Of a stretch of DNA of 63,461 nucleotides, positions 62,177 to 63,461 are shown piece by piece. Position numbers and translations under genes: made by a program. The stretch is from Deltaproteobacteria bacterium (GTDB lineage Bacteria; Myxococcota_A; UBA9160; SMWR01). The stretch is taken from the NCBI GenBank assembly GCA_019313245.1, contig JAFDBP010000056.1:1-63461 (forward strand), in the 5' to 3' direction. How positions within the stretch are numbered: the stretch's first letter is position 1; every line of letters starts with the position of its first letter. The notes under the pieces are model-generated. The model ran no database searches. It was not told the DNA's origin and was given only the letters and a program-made list of their open reading frames with translations.

Positions 62177-63461
62177 TCAACCGCCGCCTCCGCGAGCGGC
62201 CTCGAGCCGCGCCGCCTTCGCCTCATCGTACCACCAGGTGTCGATCGCGAGACCCTCGCTGGGCACGATTTCGGGCCGGCCGAAGCGATCCCAGTAGAGC
62301 AGCCGGTCGGCGGAGATGTAGAAGTGGGGGATCATGTAGAAGCCCCAGAGCAACACGCGATCCAACGCGCGCACGCGGTTGATCAGTTCCTCGCGGTTCT
62401 TTGCCGCGATCACGAGTTCGATGAGTTCGTCGATTGCGGGGTCCGCGATCCCCATCGCGTTGCGGCTCCCCTCGCGCTTTGCCGCTGCGCTCGACCAGAA
62501 TTCGCGCTGTTCGTTGCCGGGGGAGTTCGTCTGCCCGATTCGCACCGTCGTCACGTCGAAGTCGTAGGTGTCCATGCGCTGCCGATACTGCGCGGTATCG
62601 ACCGTTCGCACCGAGGCTTCGATGCCGAGCCGCTCCAGGTTCTTCTTGAACGGAAGCGCAATCCGCTCCATGCTCGGAGACGCCAACAGGATCTCGAAGG
62701 CCATCGGCTCGCCGGTCTCGACATGCGTGAGGCGTCCGTCGACGATCTTCCAACCCGCCTCCGTGAGCAATTCCATCGCGCGACGCAGATTGCCGCGAAT
62801 CTTGCCGGAGCCGTCCGTCTGCGGCGGCTGATACCCGCTGGTGAAGACTTCGTCGGGAATCCGCCCCCTGAACGGCTCGAGAATTTCGAGTTCGGCCGGG
62901 CTCGGCAGGCCGCGCGCGGCGAGTTCGGAGTTCTCGAAGTAGCTGCGAACGCGCTCGTACTGGCCGAACGAGAGATTCTGGTTCATCCACTCGAAATCGA
63001 ACGCGTAACCCAGCGCCTCGCGAACGCGCCGATCTCGAAACAGCGGGCGCCGCAGATTGAACCCGTAGCCCTGCATGCCCTGGCTCCGCTGGTGGGGGAT
63101 CAGCTCCTTGCGCAGGCGGCCGTCGCGGACCTCGGGGATGTCGTACGCGGTGGCCCACTTCGACGCGCTGTTTTCGAGGCGGATGTCGTAGGCGTCGGCC
63201 TTGAGCCCCTCGATGGCGACGCTCATGTCGCGGTAGTACTCCCAGCGAAACGAATCGAAGTTGTTGCGCCCGCGGTTGACGGGAAGATCCGCGCCCCAGT
63301 AGTCGGCCCTGCGCCGGTAACTCACGTGGCGACCCGGCTCGAATTCCGCGATCTCGTAGGGACCGCTTCCCAGCGGCGGCTCGAGCGTCGTTTCCTCGAA
63401 GCTTCGATTCTCCCAGTAGTGTTTTGGGAGTATCATGAGTTCGCTGAGGATCAACGGAAGC
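62177..63461 (-). CDS. yejA: extracellular solute-binding protein family 5 (YejA-like), 5'-truncated by the window edge
   Basis: The frame stays open to the window end. Blocks PPLGSGPYEIAEFEPG, ADYWGADLPVNRGRNNFD and KWATAYD match the peptide/microcin-type SBP. The N-terminal ~150-200 aa lie outside the window. Confidence 0.85.
   Translation of the reverse strand, partial: LPLILSELMILPKHYWENRSFEETTLEPPLGSGPYEIAEFEPGRHVSYRRRADYWGADLPVNRGRNNFDSFRWEYYRDMSVAIEGLKADAYDIRLENSASKWATAYDIPEVRDGRLRKELIPHQRSQGMQGYGFNLRRPLFRDRRVREALGYAFDFEWMNQNLSFGQYERVRSYFENSELAARGLPSPAELEILEPFRGRIPDEVFTSGYQPPQTDGSGKIRGNLRRAMELLTEAGWKIVDGRLTHVETGEPMAFEILLASPSMERIALPFKKNLERLGIEASVRTVDTAQYRQRMDTYDFDVTTVRIGQTNSPGNEQREFWSSAAAKREGSRNAMGIADPAIDELIELVIAAKNREELINRVRALDRVLLWGFYMIPHFYISADRLLYWDRFGRPEIVPSEGLAIDTWWYDEAKAARLEAARGGGG

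Noticed and set aside
1-63461. Search for tRNA, rRNA or tmRNA genes, IS elements, integrases, prophage genes, toxin-antitoxin pairs, restriction-modification, CRISPR-Cas or other known defence modules.
   Set aside because: None found by eye. There are no GGTTCGAATCC-type T-arms in intergenic DNA, no transposase-, integrase- or RT-like translations, and no terminal inverted repeats bracketing genes. An automated scan (tRNAscan-SE, Infernal, ISEScan, DefenseFinder) would be needed to be certain.

Overview
High-GC bacterial chromosomal segment, densely coding on both strands. I found no rRNA, tRNA, transposase, integrase, CRISPR array or recognisable defence genes. Housekeeping genes: purA, serA, aroA, nagZ, a TrmH-family methyltransferase and a CCA-family nucleotidyltransferase. 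Envelope genes: two GT-C-like membrane proteins at the left edge, an ExbB/ExbD pair divergent from a TonB-like gene, split PqiA plus PqiB and PqiC, and YejABEF-type peptide ABC import at the right edge. Signalling genes: a CheY-like receiver with a coiled-coil GAF partner, a GAF-GGDEF protein, two tandem CHASE4-HAMP-PAS-GGDEF-EAL paralogs, and a sigma-54 activator with a degenerate receiver. Two catabolic blocks are present: an acyl-CoA block at 17.9-24.1 kb, and gabT / CocE-NonD hydrolase / M24-fold hydrolase / mmsA at 35.8-43.4 kb. Most notable observations: (1) a SelW/Rdx-like selenoprotein gene absent from the ORF track because of an in-frame TGA, with a SECIS-like hairpin just downstream (53469-53693, minus strand); (2) a ~1100-aa very acidic protein made of about 38 tandem ~24-residue DxDxDGxxD units, directly downstream of the TonB-like gene; (3) two large hairpins between convergent genes that share an identical 28-nt loop in opposite orientation but have unrelated stems; (4) a four-unit REP-like tandem hairpin repeat abutting the exbD stop; (5) two distant paralogs of an uncharacterised 7-TM protein; (6) a consensus sigma-54 promoter in front of the sigma-54 activator gene. 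All functional calls come from reading motifs in the translations. No database search was run.
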